DNA from: Planctomycetota bacterium
GTDB taxonomy: Bacteria; Planctomycetota; Phycisphaerae; WQYP01
NCBI GenBank assembly: GCA_021780285.1
Contig: JAJXZA010000134.1
Coordinates: 1-44,284 of the forward strand
Direction: 5' to 3'
DNA: 44,284 nt
The position numbers were made by a program, and so were the translations under genes. This document shows, piece by piece, positions 1 to 9,607 of the stretch (position 1 is the first letter of the stretch; each line of letters opens with the position of its first letter). A model generated the notes under the pieces. It had not been told where the DNA came from. It ran no database searches and was given only the letters and a program-made list of their open reading frames with translations.

Positions 1-8
1 GCTGGTTG

Positions 9-1313
9 TCAGACGGCGACGGCAGCGGCGCTTAGCGGCGTTGGGCGGTTTTCGCCGGTGGCATGCACCTCAATGTGCGGCAGAGGAAAGCTGCGCGTAA
101 ACTCGGTGACTTCGGCGTTTATGCGGGCGAGTGTGCCGGCATCGCCGGCGCTGGAGGCGGCGCGGTCAAACCATTCGGCGACGCGCTGCATTTCGGCTTC
201 TTTAAGGCCGCGTGTGGTAAGCGCGGGGGTGCCGACGCGAATGCCGGAGGTTTCCATGGCTTTGCGGGTATCGAATGGGACCATATTTTTGTTGACAATA
301 ATGCCCGCGGTTTGCAGCCAGCCTTCGACGGCCGCGCCGGTGAGGTCGGGGCTTTTGGCTCGCAGGTCAATAAGCATGAGATGGTTGTCGGTTCCGCCGG
401 AAACCAGGCGATAGCCACGTCGGGTAAGCTCGCCGGCAAGAGCCTGGGCGTTGGCGATAATCTGGCGGCAATAGGTTTTGAATTCGGGCTTGAGCGCCTC
501 ACCAAATGCCGCGGCCTTGGCGGCGATAATGTGCATGAGCGGGCCGCCCTGCAGGCCGGGGAATACGGCGGAGTCAATCTTTTTGGCCCAGTCGGCCTTG
601 CACATGGTCATGCCGGAGCGCGGGCCGCGGAGCGTTTTGTGTGTGGTGGTGGTGACGAATTCGGCATGGGGCACCGGCGAAGGATGTAAGCCGGTGGCAA
701 CGAGGCCGGCGATATGGGCGATATCAGCCATCTGCACCGCGCCGACTTCATGGGCGATTTCAGCGAAGGCGGCGAAATCCCACTGGCGCGCATAGGCGCT
801 GGCGCCGGTGATGATGAGCTTGGGCTTGCATTCGCGGGCGATGCGACGAACCTCGGCAAGATTTATGCGTTCGGTTTTGGGGTCAAGCGTGTAATGGAAT
901 GGCTTAAACCACTTGCCCGACATATTGACCGATTTGCCGTGTGTAAGGTGCCCGCCATGATCGAGGTGCAGTCCGAGGATGCTGTCACCGGGTGTAAGTG
1001 CGGCCAAAAATACCGCTTGGTTGGCCTGCGAACCTGAGTGCGGCTGGACGTTGACATGGTCGCAGCCAAAGAGTTGCCTGGCGCGGTCGCGGGCGAGGTT
1101 TTCGACAATATCCACATATTGGCAGCCGCCGTAGTAGCGTTTGCCGGGGTAGCCTTCGGCATATTTGTTGGTGAGCGGGGTGGCGGCGGCGGCGAGTACA
1201 GCGGGGGAGACATGGTTTTCGCTGGCGATAAGCTCCAGCGTGTTTTCCTGCCGGTGCTGTTCCTGACAAATCGCCTGCCAGAGTTCAGGGTCATTTTTTT
1301 GGATAGGATTCAT
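9..1313 (-). CDS. glyA: Serine hydroxymethyltransferase
   Basis: 434-aa ORF. The N-terminus ([31 protein letters not shown]), the [14 protein letters not shown] block and the PLP-lysine region [12 protein letters not shown] are textbook SHMT. ATG at 1313 with GGAAG about 8 nt upstream. Confidence 0.95.
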   Translation of the reverse strand: MNPIQKNDPELWQAICQEQHRQENTLELIASENHVSPAVLAAAATPLTNKYAEGYPGKRYYGGCQYVDIVENLARDRARQLFGCDHVNVQPHSGSQANQAVFLAALTPGDSILGLHLDHGGHLTHGKSVNMSGKWFKPFHYTLDPKTERINLAEVRRIARECKPKLIITGASAYARQWDFAAFAEIAHEVGAVQMADIAHIAGLVATGLHPSPVPHAEFVTTTTHKTLRGPRSGMTMCKADWAKKIDSAVFPGLQGGPLMHIIAAKAAAFGEALKPEFKTYCRQIIANAQALAGELTRRGYRLVSGGTDNHLMLIDLRAKSPDLTGAAVEGWLQTAGIIVNKNMVPFDTRKAMETSGIRVGTPALTTRGLKEAEMQRVAEWFDRAASSAGDAGTLARINAEVTEFTRSFPLPHIEVHATGENRPTPLSAAAVAV

Positions 1314-1484
1314 GCTGTAACTTCCACGCTCAAGCCAGAGCCGGTCTCAACGCCGGCGAACTAAAAATTATACCAGTTAGGGCCGCATTTGAAAAAGAAT
1401 GGCGCGGCTGCATGAAGCCCTTTTTTGATTTTGAGGGTTGGTGGCGCTTTAGGCGGCGCCCAAGGGAGGTGAAACAGAGGATTA

Positions 1485-2384
1485 TCAGCCGCCGGCCTTG
1501 CGGGCCAGGACGCAGCGCGGGTGGCCGGCCGCATCGGTGACAATGCGCATATCGCCGAGTTGGGTGTTGGTCTGAAAAAGCTGCCGTACCTGTTCGGTCT
1601 GGTTAAAGGCCGTTTCGACTATAAGAAGGCCACCAGGAATTAAAAACCCGGCGGCCTCATCGCCGATGCGGCGATAGAAGTCCAGGCCGTCGGGGCCGCC
1701 ATCCAATGCCAACGTTGGCTCATGATCGCGCACCTGCGGCATAAGCTCGCGCAGTTGGCCGGTGGCAATGTAGGGCGGATTGGCGGCAATAACATGAAAA
1801 GCGCCGGGCGTTGGCGGCTGGACGAGGGGCGCAAACAGATCGCCCTGGATAAATCGGATGCGATCAGCGACGGCCAAGGAGTCGGCATTGGCGCGGGCCA
1901 TGGTTAAGGCCTCCGGGCTGACGTCGCTGGCGACGAGTTGTGCCCCCGGCAGGCTTTTGGCCAGGGCAATTGCGATGCATCCGCTGCCGGTGCCAAGATC
2001 GAGAATATTGGGTGTTTCCCACCCCGGAATTTGCCGAACAATGCGAATGACCTGCTCGACGAGCGTTTCGGTATCAGGCCGGGGAATAAGCACCGCGGGC
2101 GAAACGGCAAGGTCGAACGAAAAAAAAGAGGTTCGACCTATGAGGTATGCCACGGGTGTGTTTTCGCGGCGGCGTTTGACAAGCTCGCGGAATGCTGCGG
2201 TTTGTTCGGTGGTGGGCACATGCTCATAACGCGTGTAAAGGGCCATGCGGTTGCAGCCAAGTGCATGGGCGAGCAGGAGTTCAGCTGAGAGGCGAGGCTC
2301 GTCAATGTTGTTGCGCGTAAAAAAATTGCTCGTCCATTGGAGGAGATCGCCGATGGTCCAGAGTTTTTCCGCAGCTTGTGACAT
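1485..2384 (-). CDS. prmC: Peptide chain release factor N5-glutamine methyltransferase (HemK/PrmC)
   Basis: SAM-binding LDLGTGSGCIAIALA and catalytic NPPY (IAANPPYI). The track ORF runs to 2549, but the conserved protein begins at ATG 2384 (MSQAAEKLWTIGDLLQW). The upstream 55 codons overlap the divergent DoxX leader. Confidence 0.9.
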   Translation of the reverse strand: MSQAAEKLWTIGDLLQWTSNFFTRNNIDEPRLSAELLLAHALGCNRMALYTRYEHVPTTEQTAAFRELVKRRRENTPVAYLIGRTSFFSFDLAVSPAVLIPRPDTETLVEQVIRIVRQIPGWETPNILDLGTGSGCIAIALAKSLPGAQLVASDVSPEALTMARANADSLAVADRIRFIQGDLFAPLVQPPTPGAFHVIAANPPYIATGQLRELMPQVRDHEPTLALDGGPDGLDFYRRIGDEAAGFLIPGGLLIVETAFNQTEQVRQLFQTNTQLGDMRIVTDAAGHPRCVLARKAGG

Positions 2385-2493
2385 GGCGCATCTTGTATCA
2401 TGCCGCGTTAAAATGTCCAAGCGCTCTGTGGCGGAGCGGCGGAACTTGGCGGGTAATCTCGAGGCGGCCTCATCAACATCAGGAGAAACATGT

Positions 2494-3003
2494 ATGACGC
2501 AACAAGCAGGCGCGACTATGCCGAGCGGCGCCGGCCGCGATGGCAACAATGGTCTGGCGATAAGCCTTGGGCTGCTGGTGCTGCGGCTGGCGCTGGCGAC
2601 GATATTTATTTATCATGGCGGGCAGAAGATATTTGGTTGGGCGCATGGGCCGGGGATGCACGGCTTTACCGGGTTTATCGCCATGCAGCATTTGCCGTTG
2701 CTGCCGGCATCGGTTTGGGCCTGGATGGCGGCTTTGGCGGAGTTTGGCGGCGGTTGTCTGACGGCACTTGGGCTGTTGACGCGGCTGGCGCAAATTCCAC
2801 TGCTCGTAGATATGTTTGTCGCCACATGGGTTGTGCGAGCCAACGGGTTTGCGGGTGCGGCGGGCCATGCGGGATACCAATGGCATTTGCCGCTGATGGC
2901 GATCATGACGATGCTTTTATTGGCGGGAGGCGGGTTGGTATCGGTGGATCGGCTGATATTTCGGCGCGGGTTTTGGTCTTACGGCCCGCAACCGCTGGCG
3001 TGA
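2494..3003 (+). CDS. DoxX family membrane protein
   Basis: Four hydrophobic segments with the DoxX-like signature LRLALATIFIYHGGQKIFG ... AALAEFGGGCLTALGLLTRLA. ATG at 2494 is in frame with track ORF 2245..3003 and follows AGGAGA (2481-2486). Confidence 0.8.
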   Translation: MTQQAGATMPSGAGRDGNNGLAISLGLLVLRLALATIFIYHGGQKIFGWAHGPGMHGFTGFIAMQHLPLLPASVWAWMAALAEFGGGCLTALGLLTRLAQIPLLVDMFVATWVVRANGFAGAAGHAGYQWHLPLMAIMTMLLLAGGGLVSVDRLIFRRGFWSYGPQPLA

Positions 3004-3276
3004 AGTGAGAGCATATTGCGTGTGCGTCCCAAAACGCAACCATTCGCATAACCCAGCTTTAAGAATGGCCGCAGCCCCGCCATTTCATCACATTTAACCG
3101 ACTCGCGGGCGCCATGTCGAACTGCTCTTGCCCCGCTGAACACCCATGCCCTGTGCGACGCGGCTCATCCTTTTATGTGAGTTGCTGGAGCTTTTAACAC
3201 TCCAGGCCTTTTGAACTTATACAAACGGTTGGGCCTATTTTCTGCGTTGAGGTCATTACCACCGGTTTGCGGGCGT

Positions 3277-3462
3277 GGCAATTTTTCCGGGCGGCCCCGA
3301 GATCATGCCTATTTTATTGGCATCCCTAGGCGTTTTTGCCGGGTACAAGGCGCTGGCTGCCTGCCTTTCTCTGAATCGGAACGCAGAATCCCACACTCGG
3401 GGCGATGCAGACAAGATGTCTGCGTTACCGGCGCAGCCGGCTGGCCGCCCGGAAAAATTGCC
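3277..3462. repeat. 186-bp element bounded by a perfect 20-bp (21 with the flanking T/A) inverted repeat
   Basis: GGCAATTTTTCCGGGCGGCC at 3277-3296 is the exact reverse complement of GGCCGCCCGGAAAAATTGCC at 3443-3462. The 14-nt direct repeat CCACCGGTTTGCGG lies just outside both arms (3259-3272 and 3466-3479). Confidence 0.6.
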
Positions 3463-3586
3463 AGGCCACCGGTTTGCGGACCGAGCTGCACAAACTGCAA
3501 AACTTTCGCGCTACAAGCTATACTGGTGCTAACTGGTACGCGAATTGCGTGCGGGCGGCGGCTCGCCTTTTGTACATAGAGTGGCC

Positions 3587-5098
3587 ATGAGACTGGATAC
3601 TTCCCATCACATGCGACTGGAACAGCGAATGAAGCTGGCCCCACGCATGATTCAGTCTATGGAAATTCTGCAGTTGCCCACCATGGCGCTCGAAGAACGC
3701 ATAGACCAGGAGCTCTCCGCCAACCCCATGCTTGAAAAGCAGGAATCGCCATTTGACCGCGGGCCCGACCTCGACCCGATTGGCGGCACCGCAGCCGAGG
3801 CGGCCGCGCCCGCGACGCCGGCCGCGAACGATGCCGGCGGTACGGCTGCTGCGGACGCGGTGGACCCGGCTGTGGCCGCCGACGCGGCACTTACGCGATT
3901 TTTGGAAGACCAGCGCTATCTTTCGCAGGGCAGCTCTCGCCGCATCGCATCGGGCGATCATGACCCCAAAATGGAAGCCATGGCAAACGCCGCCGCCCGT
4001 GGCATTTCTCTGCAGGAAGAACTGCTCCAGCAATGGAGCCTTGTGGATGTTGACGATCGCATTCGCCGCGCGGGCGATATTCTCATAGATTGGGTGGATC
4101 AGGACGGGTACATCCGCGATTCGCTCGATACCATTTGCCGCACCCTGCCCGCCGGCGTTCGCCGGCAGGACATTGCCGAGGCGTGGCCCATTTTGCAGCA
4201 GCGCCTAGAGCCTGCGGGCATTGCCGCCCGCGACCTTCGAGAGTGCCTGATCCTGCAGATAGATCGCCTTAACCGCGAGCAGGGGATGGATGTGGCCGTG
4301 CCGCGACTGCTGGTAAGCCGCTATCTTGAAGACCTGGAGATGAATCGTCTGCCGCAGATTGCCCGACGCGGCGAGCTTACGCTTGAGCAAATAAATCAGG
4401 CGCGGCAGTTCATGGCGCGGCATCTTTCGCCGCGGCCCGGCCGAATGCTTACCGAGTCGCAGGTGCCTGTGATCATGCCTGACGCCATCATTCAACCCGA
4501 TGAAGAAACCGGCAACTATGTCATTCGCCTCACCGATGACCGGCTTCCACGCCTGTACATCAATGAAGCGTACGCCCGCATGGCCCGCAACCGCGGCGTA
4601 GACGAGAAAACCCGCCTGTTTCTATCCAACAATTTGCGCAATGCCCGCTGGCTTATAGAAGCTATTGAACAGCGCCGCTCCACGCTGCTAAGGGTGCTGA
4701 AGGTGGTGGTGGAAGCGCAAAAAGACTTTATTGAACATGGCCCTGAACAGCTAAAGCCGCTGCCCATGACCGGCGTTGCGGAGCAATTGGGCATACATGT
4801 GGGCACGGTGAGCCGGGCCGTGGCGGACAAATATGTGCAAACGCCGAGAGGCATTTTTGCGTTGCGGCAATTTTTTACCGGCGGCATGGCCAACGCCGCC
4901 GGTGAAGAAATGAGTTGGGATGCCATCAAGGCCGTACTGCTGGATGTTATAGAAAAAGAGGATAAAAAAAACCCGCTCAACGACGATCAAATTGTGGAAG
5001 AACTTCGAAAACGCGGCATTAAACTCGCGCGGCGTACCGTGGCTAAATATCGCAAAATCGGCGAAATCCCGCCCGCTCGCCGGCGACGTGAGTTTTAG
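3587..5098 (+). CDS. rpoN: RNA polymerase sigma-54 factor
   Basis: Region I (MRLEQRMKLAPRMIQSMEILQLPTMALEERIDQELSANPMLE). C-terminal HTH (VAEQLGIHVGTVSRAVADKYVQTPRGIFALRQFF). RpoN box ARRTVAKYR. First ATG in frame at 3587; the track start 3545 is a TTG. Confidence 0.92.
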   Translation: MRLDTSHHMRLEQRMKLAPRMIQSMEILQLPTMALEERIDQELSANPMLEKQESPFDRGPDLDPIGGTAAEAAAPATPAANDAGGTAAADAVDPAVAADAALTRFLEDQRYLSQGSSRRIASGDHDPKMEAMANAAARGISLQEELLQQWSLVDVDDRIRRAGDILIDWVDQDGYIRDSLDTICRTLPAGVRRQDIAEAWPILQQRLEPAGIAARDLRECLILQIDRLNREQGMDVAVPRLLVSRYLEDLEMNRLPQIARRGELTLEQINQARQFMARHLSPRPGRMLTESQVPVIMPDAIIQPDEETGNYVIRLTDDRLPRLYINEAYARMARNRGVDEKTRLFLSNNLRNARWLIEAIEQRRSTLLRVLKVVVEAQKDFIEHGPEQLKPLPMTGVAEQLGIHVGTVSRAVADKYVQTPRGIFALRQFFTGGMANAAGEEMSWDAIKAVLLDVIEKEDKKNPLNDDQIVEELRKRGIKLARRTVAKYRKIGEIPPARRRREF

Positions 5099-5212
5099 CC
5101 CGGCTTTCGCGTTATACACACGCCTTCCGGAGTTTTGGCCCTCCTCTGCGGCGCGGCTGCTCGGAGTACCATCTGCGTCAGGTACGCTGGCGCCAACGCC
5201 TCTTGTGGAGTG

Positions 5213-5237
5213 CCAAAAATTCCCGGCGCACGCCGGG
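5213..5237 (-). terminator. Candidate intrinsic terminator between the convergent rpoN and MFS genes
   Basis: CCCGGC (5222-5227) / GCCGGG (5232-5237) forms a 6-bp GC stem with a 4-nt loop. On the minus strand it is followed by AATTTTTGG. It lies 118 nt downstream of the MFS stop. Confidence 0.4.
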
Positions 5238-5354
5238 ATCGCAACGCGGCGATTACTTGGACAGGCTCCTGGCAGGTAATGCGGATCAGCCGGCGATCAA
5301 GGGCGGTGTATGGACATCCGCTGGTTCGCGTGAAGGCGGCGGCGTTTTCGGCGA

Positions 5355-6686
5355 CTATTTGGGTTCAATTGCACGATCACTGTGCTGCGCTGCATGAGCT
5401 GTGTCTGGCCCGCTGGCGGCCGGCAGGGCCCCGTGTGGCTCGTGCTGGCCGAAGAAACGCATGTACAGGTATATATTGGCACCCATGACGGCGGTGTATA
5501 TGAAAAAGGGGGTCTCGACGGCCGCTATGTCAAAGAGCCATCCGGTGCAGATAATCGCCAGCGACGCGGCCGAGAGCCGCGCAACTTGATTGGCCGCCAA
5601 GGCTCGGCCAATATCATCTATATGTACGCGGCTGGTAATGGCCGTCTGCTGAGCGGGGAGGGCCGCAATTCGCAAAGCCGGGGTAATGATGTAGATAAAT
5701 AAAGCGACGGGCAGAAAATGCCAAACCGCCATCAGCAGGAGCAGTACTGTTCCAAGTGTGCGTGTAAGCACAATGCTGCGGGCAAAGCCAAAGCGTCGCT
5801 CAAGCAGAGGTGCGGTAAGCAGAGCGACAGCCCCCAAAATATTGGCGGCGGCGGTGTACCAGGCCATCTGCCTTTTGCCCATGTCAAAGACGATCATAAA
5901 AAACGGTATCAAAAACGGCGTGATCAAGCCCTGCGAAAAGCCATTGAGGGCCCCGGTGATGGTGAATTGCTTCATCACTTTGCGTGAGCCATGAGGAGGC
6001 CGTGGCGGCGATGGGTGGCGCGGTATTTGCAGCCACAGCAGAGGCAGGGACCCTGCGAGGCTGATGGCTCCTGCGAAGAGGAATACCCGATGAATAGAGG
6101 CAAAGCCAACGAGCATGGAACCGAGCGATCCGGCAACGCCGCCTAGAAACGCCAAGAGCGAAAAGTAAAGCGTCCGCCGATGGGGCGCGGCTAAATCAGC
6201 AATGACCGCGCTTTGCACCGGCTGGGCGGCTCCGCCAACGCCGCCGCCAATGAGCGAGCCGGTCGCAGCAAACCCGCCGATGATCGCTGCGGCAAAGATC
6301 ATGGGCAGGCTGGTGAACAAATAGAGCATAAATGCGCTCATTGGCAGCATGGCGGCGCTGAGCAGAAGCGTTCCCTTGCGGCTCCAGCGATCGGCGAGCT
6401 GCCCGATTATAAGCCCCAGAACCGCGGTGGAAGCTACCCCCACCATGTAAATGGCTCCAAGGGTGAGGCTTCCAAAGTGCAGCTTTTTAAGCACCAGATA
6501 GGGCAGGTCTACGGCGATCATGGCGCCTGCGATGCCGCGAGCCAGCCTGAATAAGATCAGCATGGCCAGGCTGAACTTGTGCGGCGTGGCCGGCGGCCAG
6601 CTTGGGGCGGGCGCGGCCGCTGTGCCGGCGTCAGCGGGTGTTGGTGAGTGATGAGCCTCTGGTGCGGGTATTACCGGCGTAGTCAT
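5355..6686 (-). CDS. MFS transporter
   Basis: 443 aa with about 12 hydrophobic helices. MFS-like loop motif GQLADRWSRKGTLL between TM2 and TM3. ATG at 6686. Substrate not inferable. Confidence 0.85.
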   Translation of the reverse strand: MTTPVIPAPEAHHSPTPADAGTAAAPAPSWPPATPHKFSLAMLILFRLARGIAGAMIAVDLPYLVLKKLHFGSLTLGAIYMVGVASTAVLGLIIGQLADRWSRKGTLLLSAAMLPMSAFMLYLFTSLPMIFAAAIIGGFAATGSLIGGGVGGAAQPVQSAVIADLAAPHRRTLYFSLLAFLGGVAGSLGSMLVGFASIHRVFLFAGAISLAGSLPLLWLQIPRHPSPPRPPHGSRKVMKQFTITGALNGFSQGLITPFLIPFFMIVFDMGKRQMAWYTAAANILGAVALLTAPLLERRFGFARSIVLTRTLGTVLLLLMAVWHFLPVALFIYIITPALRIAALPAQQTAITSRVHIDDIGRALAANQVARLSAASLAIICTGWLFDIAAVETPFFIYTAVMGANIYLYMRFFGQHEPHGALPAASGPDTAHAAQHSDRAIEPK

Positions 6687-6960
6687 AACCGGATTCTAAC
6701 AAAACCCAGCCTGAATGTCCTGCCGCCGGCGTGTGAATTGGTTAGAAATTGCAACCTTTTATGTGATGCTGCGTGTAATGCTATTGAAGGCCAACACCGG
6801 CCCAGCGGAACCTGGCACCGCAGCTATTGCCGTATGAGTCGCTAAACGCTAACATTTTAGCTGTTTGTAAGGGCGTGGTACATGTAGATGCGACAGATGC
6901 GCAAACGCTATCTTCCAGGAACGACGCGCTTTGCCGTACACCATGTGAAAGAATAGTTCA

Positions 6961-7536
6961 ATGAAGCAAGTAGTTTTACAACCCGCCGCCGGCTCGCTCA
7001 ACCGGGCCGAAGCCAGCGCCGAATCGCTGGCTCTTGGGTTTGTAACGCTTATTCCGCAAATGATGGGGGTGTTGCGAAGGCATCTGCGGGCCGGCCCGCA
7101 ACTGGAGTTGCGGCCGGGGCAATTCCGGATGCTGCTGCTGCTGCAGATGTTCGGCCCCGCGTCGCTTTCAGATGTTGCCGATCGGCTTGGGCTGACCCTG
7201 CCCTCGGCTTCCAAACTGGCTGAAGAACTGGGCAAAATCGGTTTTATCGCACGTCGGACCGATCTGGCCGACCGCCGACGCATTGTGCTTTCGCTGACGC
7301 CCAGCGGTGGCTCTGCGCTGGATGCGGTGCAGCGCGAGGCGCAGCGCCAACTCGCCGAACTGTTTGAGCCGCTGACTGCGGCAGAGCGTAAATTTCTGGC
7401 ATGCGCGGTGAGCGTTATGCGGCCACTGTTTGCCGCCAAGCCCGGCCTGGCGGTCGGTGCGGCATCTGGTGCGCAGGCCGTGACGAAAAAGCCGGTTCGC
7501 AAAAGGTTGCAGAATTATCAAAAGGTGACTGTATGA
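6961..7536 (+). CDS. MarR family transcriptional regulator
   Basis: Winged-helix core: GQFRMLLLLQMFGPASLSDVADRLGLTLPSASKLAEELGKIGFIARRTDLADRRRIVLSLTPSG. Its stop overlaps the next gene's start (ATGA at 7533-7536). Confidence 0.85.
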   Translation: MKQVVLQPAAGSLNRAEASAESLALGFVTLIPQMMGVLRRHLRAGPQLELRPGQFRMLLLLQMFGPASLSDVADRLGLTLPSASKLAEELGKIGFIARRTDLADRRRIVLSLTPSGGSALDAVQREAQRQLAELFEPLTAAERKFLACAVSVMRPLFAAKPGLAVGAASGAQAVTKKPVRKRLQNYQKVTV

Positions 7537-8828
7537 AAAGTGTGATTACATGGTTGGTGGTGTTGTGCGTGCTTGCCGGCGGCGGCTACTGGGCCTGGCG
7601 CACCTGGGGCGGCAAGGCGGCTGTAACGTCTACCTTTATGACCGCTCCGGTTCAGCAGGGGGACTTGGCGGCGACGGTCAGTGCCACCGGTACGCTCGAG
7701 CCGCGGGAAGTTGTGGATGTCGGCTCGCAAGTCAGCGGCACTATCATTGCGTTCGGCAAAGATGCCGGAGCCAAAGAGGTAGATTACGATTCGCCTGTAA
7801 ACCAGGGTACTGTGCTGGCACGCATTGATCCGGCATTGTTTCAGGCAAGCGTAGAGCAGGCAACGGCAAACCTCGCGCAGGCAAAATCCAACGTGTTGGT
7901 GGCCCAGGCGCGGCTCCAGCAGTATCAAGCCGCGCTTGTGGATGCCGCCGCCGACTGGCAGCGAGCCCAAAAGCTGGGCATTGGCAGCGGTGCGCTCTCG
8001 GCGACGCAGTACGATGCGTACAAATCCACCTTCGATCAGGCTCAGGCCAATGTGGGCGTGGGGGATGCTTCACTGACGGCGGCTAAAACCGCTGTGGAGG
8101 CTGCCACGGCCACGCTTGATACCGCCAAAATAAACCTTGGCTACTGCACCATAACTTCGCCGGTCAAAGGTGTTGTTATAGACCGCCGGGTGAATATCGG
8201 CCAAACTGTTGCGTCGAGCTTCAGCACGCCGAGTCTGTTTTTGATTGCTGAAAATCTTAATCGTATTCAGGTGTGGGCCTCGGTAAACGAGGCGGACATC
8301 GGCCGGATAAAAAAGGGCGATTCAGTGACATTTACGGTAGACGCATTCCCGCACGAAACATTTAAGGGTGTTGTATCGCAAATTCGCCTCAATGCCACCA
8401 TGGTGCAGAATGTGGTCACCTACACCGTGGTGGTGGACACCGACAATCCCAAGGGTAAATTGCTGCCTTATTTAACGGCGCAAATGGATTTTCTGGTTGC
8501 CAATCGAAAGAATGTGATGTACGTGCCCAACGCGGCGCTGCGATGGGTACCGCGGCAAACGCAGATAGCGGGAGCGGCTCCTGCGCACCAGGCTGTTTCG
8601 GGTAAAGGCGTGCTGGGGCAGGGTGTTGTATGGATTGAAGCCGGTAACAACCAGGTTCGCGCCATTAACGTCGGCACCGGCCTGGCCAACGACTTTAATA
8701 CCCAGATCATCTCCACTGAAATTAAGCCCGGTATGAAAGTGGTTGTGGGTGAGCGCCAGGCCGGCAGCGGCAGCGCCCAGGGTGCGGTTAACCCATTTAT
8801 TCCGCAGCCATTTAAGAAAAAGAGCTAA
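7533..8828 (+). CDS. Efflux periplasmic adaptor subunit (MacA/HlyD-type membrane fusion protein)
   Basis: N-terminal anchor MKSVITWLVVLCVLAGGGYW. Lipoyl/hairpin regions (GTLEPREVVDVGSQVSGTI ... long QA-rich coiled coil ... CTITSPVKGVVIDRRVNIGQTV). The real start ATG 7533 lies inside track ORF 7401..8828. Confidence 0.88.
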   Translation: MKSVITWLVVLCVLAGGGYWAWRTWGGKAAVTSTFMTAPVQQGDLAATVSATGTLEPREVVDVGSQVSGTIIAFGKDAGAKEVDYDSPVNQGTVLARIDPALFQASVEQATANLAQAKSNVLVAQARLQQYQAALVDAAADWQRAQKLGIGSGALSATQYDAYKSTFDQAQANVGVGDASLTAAKTAVEAATATLDTAKINLGYCTITSPVKGVVIDRRVNIGQTVASSFSTPSLFLIAENLNRIQVWASVNEADIGRIKKGDSVTFTVDAFPHETFKGVVSQIRLNATMVQNVVTYTVVVDTDNPKGKLLPYLTAQMDFLVANRKNVMYVPNAALRWVPRQTQIAGAAPAHQAVSGKGVLGQGVVWIEAGNNQVRAINVGTGLANDFNTQIISTEIKPGMKVVVGERQAGSGSAQGAVNPFIPQPFKKKS

Positions 8829-8857
8829 GCACACGGCGGCCTTGGAGCTTGACGGTG

Positions 8858-9604
8858 ATGAACCTGATAGAAATTGAGAATGTCGTGAAGACCTACCACC
8901 TCGGCGGCAGCGACGTGCCGGTGCTCAAGGGGGTGAGCATGGCGGTACAACAGGGAGAGATGGTTGCGCTGATGGGCGCAAGCGGTTCGGGCAAAACCAC
9001 GCTGATGAATATTCTCGGTTGCCTCGACAGGCCGACCTCCGGTCGCTACATGCTTGATGGTCAGGAAGTGTCGCGCATGAATCCGAATCAGCGGGCGGAG
9101 GTGCGCAACGCCAAAATCGGGTTTGTGTTTCAAAACTTTAATCTCCTGCCGCGGACTTCGGCGATCGAAAATGTATTGCTGCCTAGCACCTATGCGGATG
9201 GCTCGATTCCATCGGCGAAGTTGCGCCGGCACGGGCGGCAACTGCTCGAACGCGTCGGCCTTGCGGATCGGGCCGATCACGAGCCTTCGCAGCTTTCAGG
9301 CGGGCAGCAGCAGCGGGTGGCCATTGCGCGGGCGCTGGTCAACAGCCCGCGGCTTCTGCTGGCTGACGAGCCGACGGGCAACCTCGACTCCCGCACCAGT
9401 GAAGATGTTCTGGCCATGTTTCAGAATCTGAATCAGCAGGAGGGGCTTGCCATTCTGCTGGTAACGCATGACGCCAATGTTGCTTCGCATGCGCAGCGCG
9501 TCATTCACATACATGATGGCATGATCGCGGCGGGCGCATTTGAATCGGCATCGCCGGCAGCCTCTGCGCCTGCAGATGCCGCCAGCCGAAAGGAAGGCCG
9601 TTGA
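8858..9604 (+). CDS. ABC transporter ATP-binding protein (MacB/LolD-type, stand-alone NBD)
   Basis: Walker [10 protein letters not shown], signature [14 protein letters not shown], Walker [13 protein letters not shown]. MacB-type N-terminus [27 protein letters not shown] 8858 follows GGAG (8844-8847); the TTG at 8849 is the track alternative. Confidence 0.9.
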   Translation: MNLIEIENVVKTYHLGGSDVPVLKGVSMAVQQGEMVALMGASGSGKTTLMNILGCLDRPTSGRYMLDGQEVSRMNPNQRAEVRNAKIGFVFQNFNLLPRTSAIENVLLPSTYADGSIPSAKLRRHGRQLLERVGLADRADHEPSQLSGGQQQRVAIARALVNSPRLLLADEPTGNLDSRTSEDVLAMFQNLNQQEGLAILLVTHDANVASHAQRVIHIHDGMIAAGAFESASPAASAPADAASRKEGR

Positions 9605-9607
9605 TCT

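Noticed and set aside
2245-2493. N-terminal extensions of track ORFs (2245, 1485..2549, 7401, 10911, 19679, 21696, 25564, 37065, 43074 and others)
   Set aside because: In each case the conserved protein begins at a downstream ATG or GTG with an SD, and the extension overlaps a neighbouring gene or promoter. They are longest-ORF artefacts, partly from TTG/GTG/CTG starts.
3185-3212. CTGGAG-N9-CTCCAG hairpin followed by GCCTTTT, as a possible DoxX terminator
   Set aside because: It has a 6-bp stem with a 9-nt loop, a weak and interrupted T-run, and lies about 180 nt past the stop. The evidence is insufficient.
3275-3532. 85-aa GTG-initiated ORF in the rpoN upstream spacer
   Set aside because: It has no SD. 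It spans exactly the inverted-repeat element, so both arms would be translated, and it has no family resemblance. The repeat structure explains the region better.
6819-6840. CTGGCACCGCAGCTATTGCC upstream of marR, resembling a sigma-54 promoter
   Set aside because: The spacing between the GG and the TTGC GC dinucleotide is 13 nt rather than 10, so the -24 and -12 elements are out of register.
6848-6861. Imperfect palindrome GCTAACATTTTAGC about 100 nt upstream of marR, as a possible MarR operator
   Set aside because: It has only 5-bp arms with two central mismatches, which is expected by chance in a 274-bp spacer.
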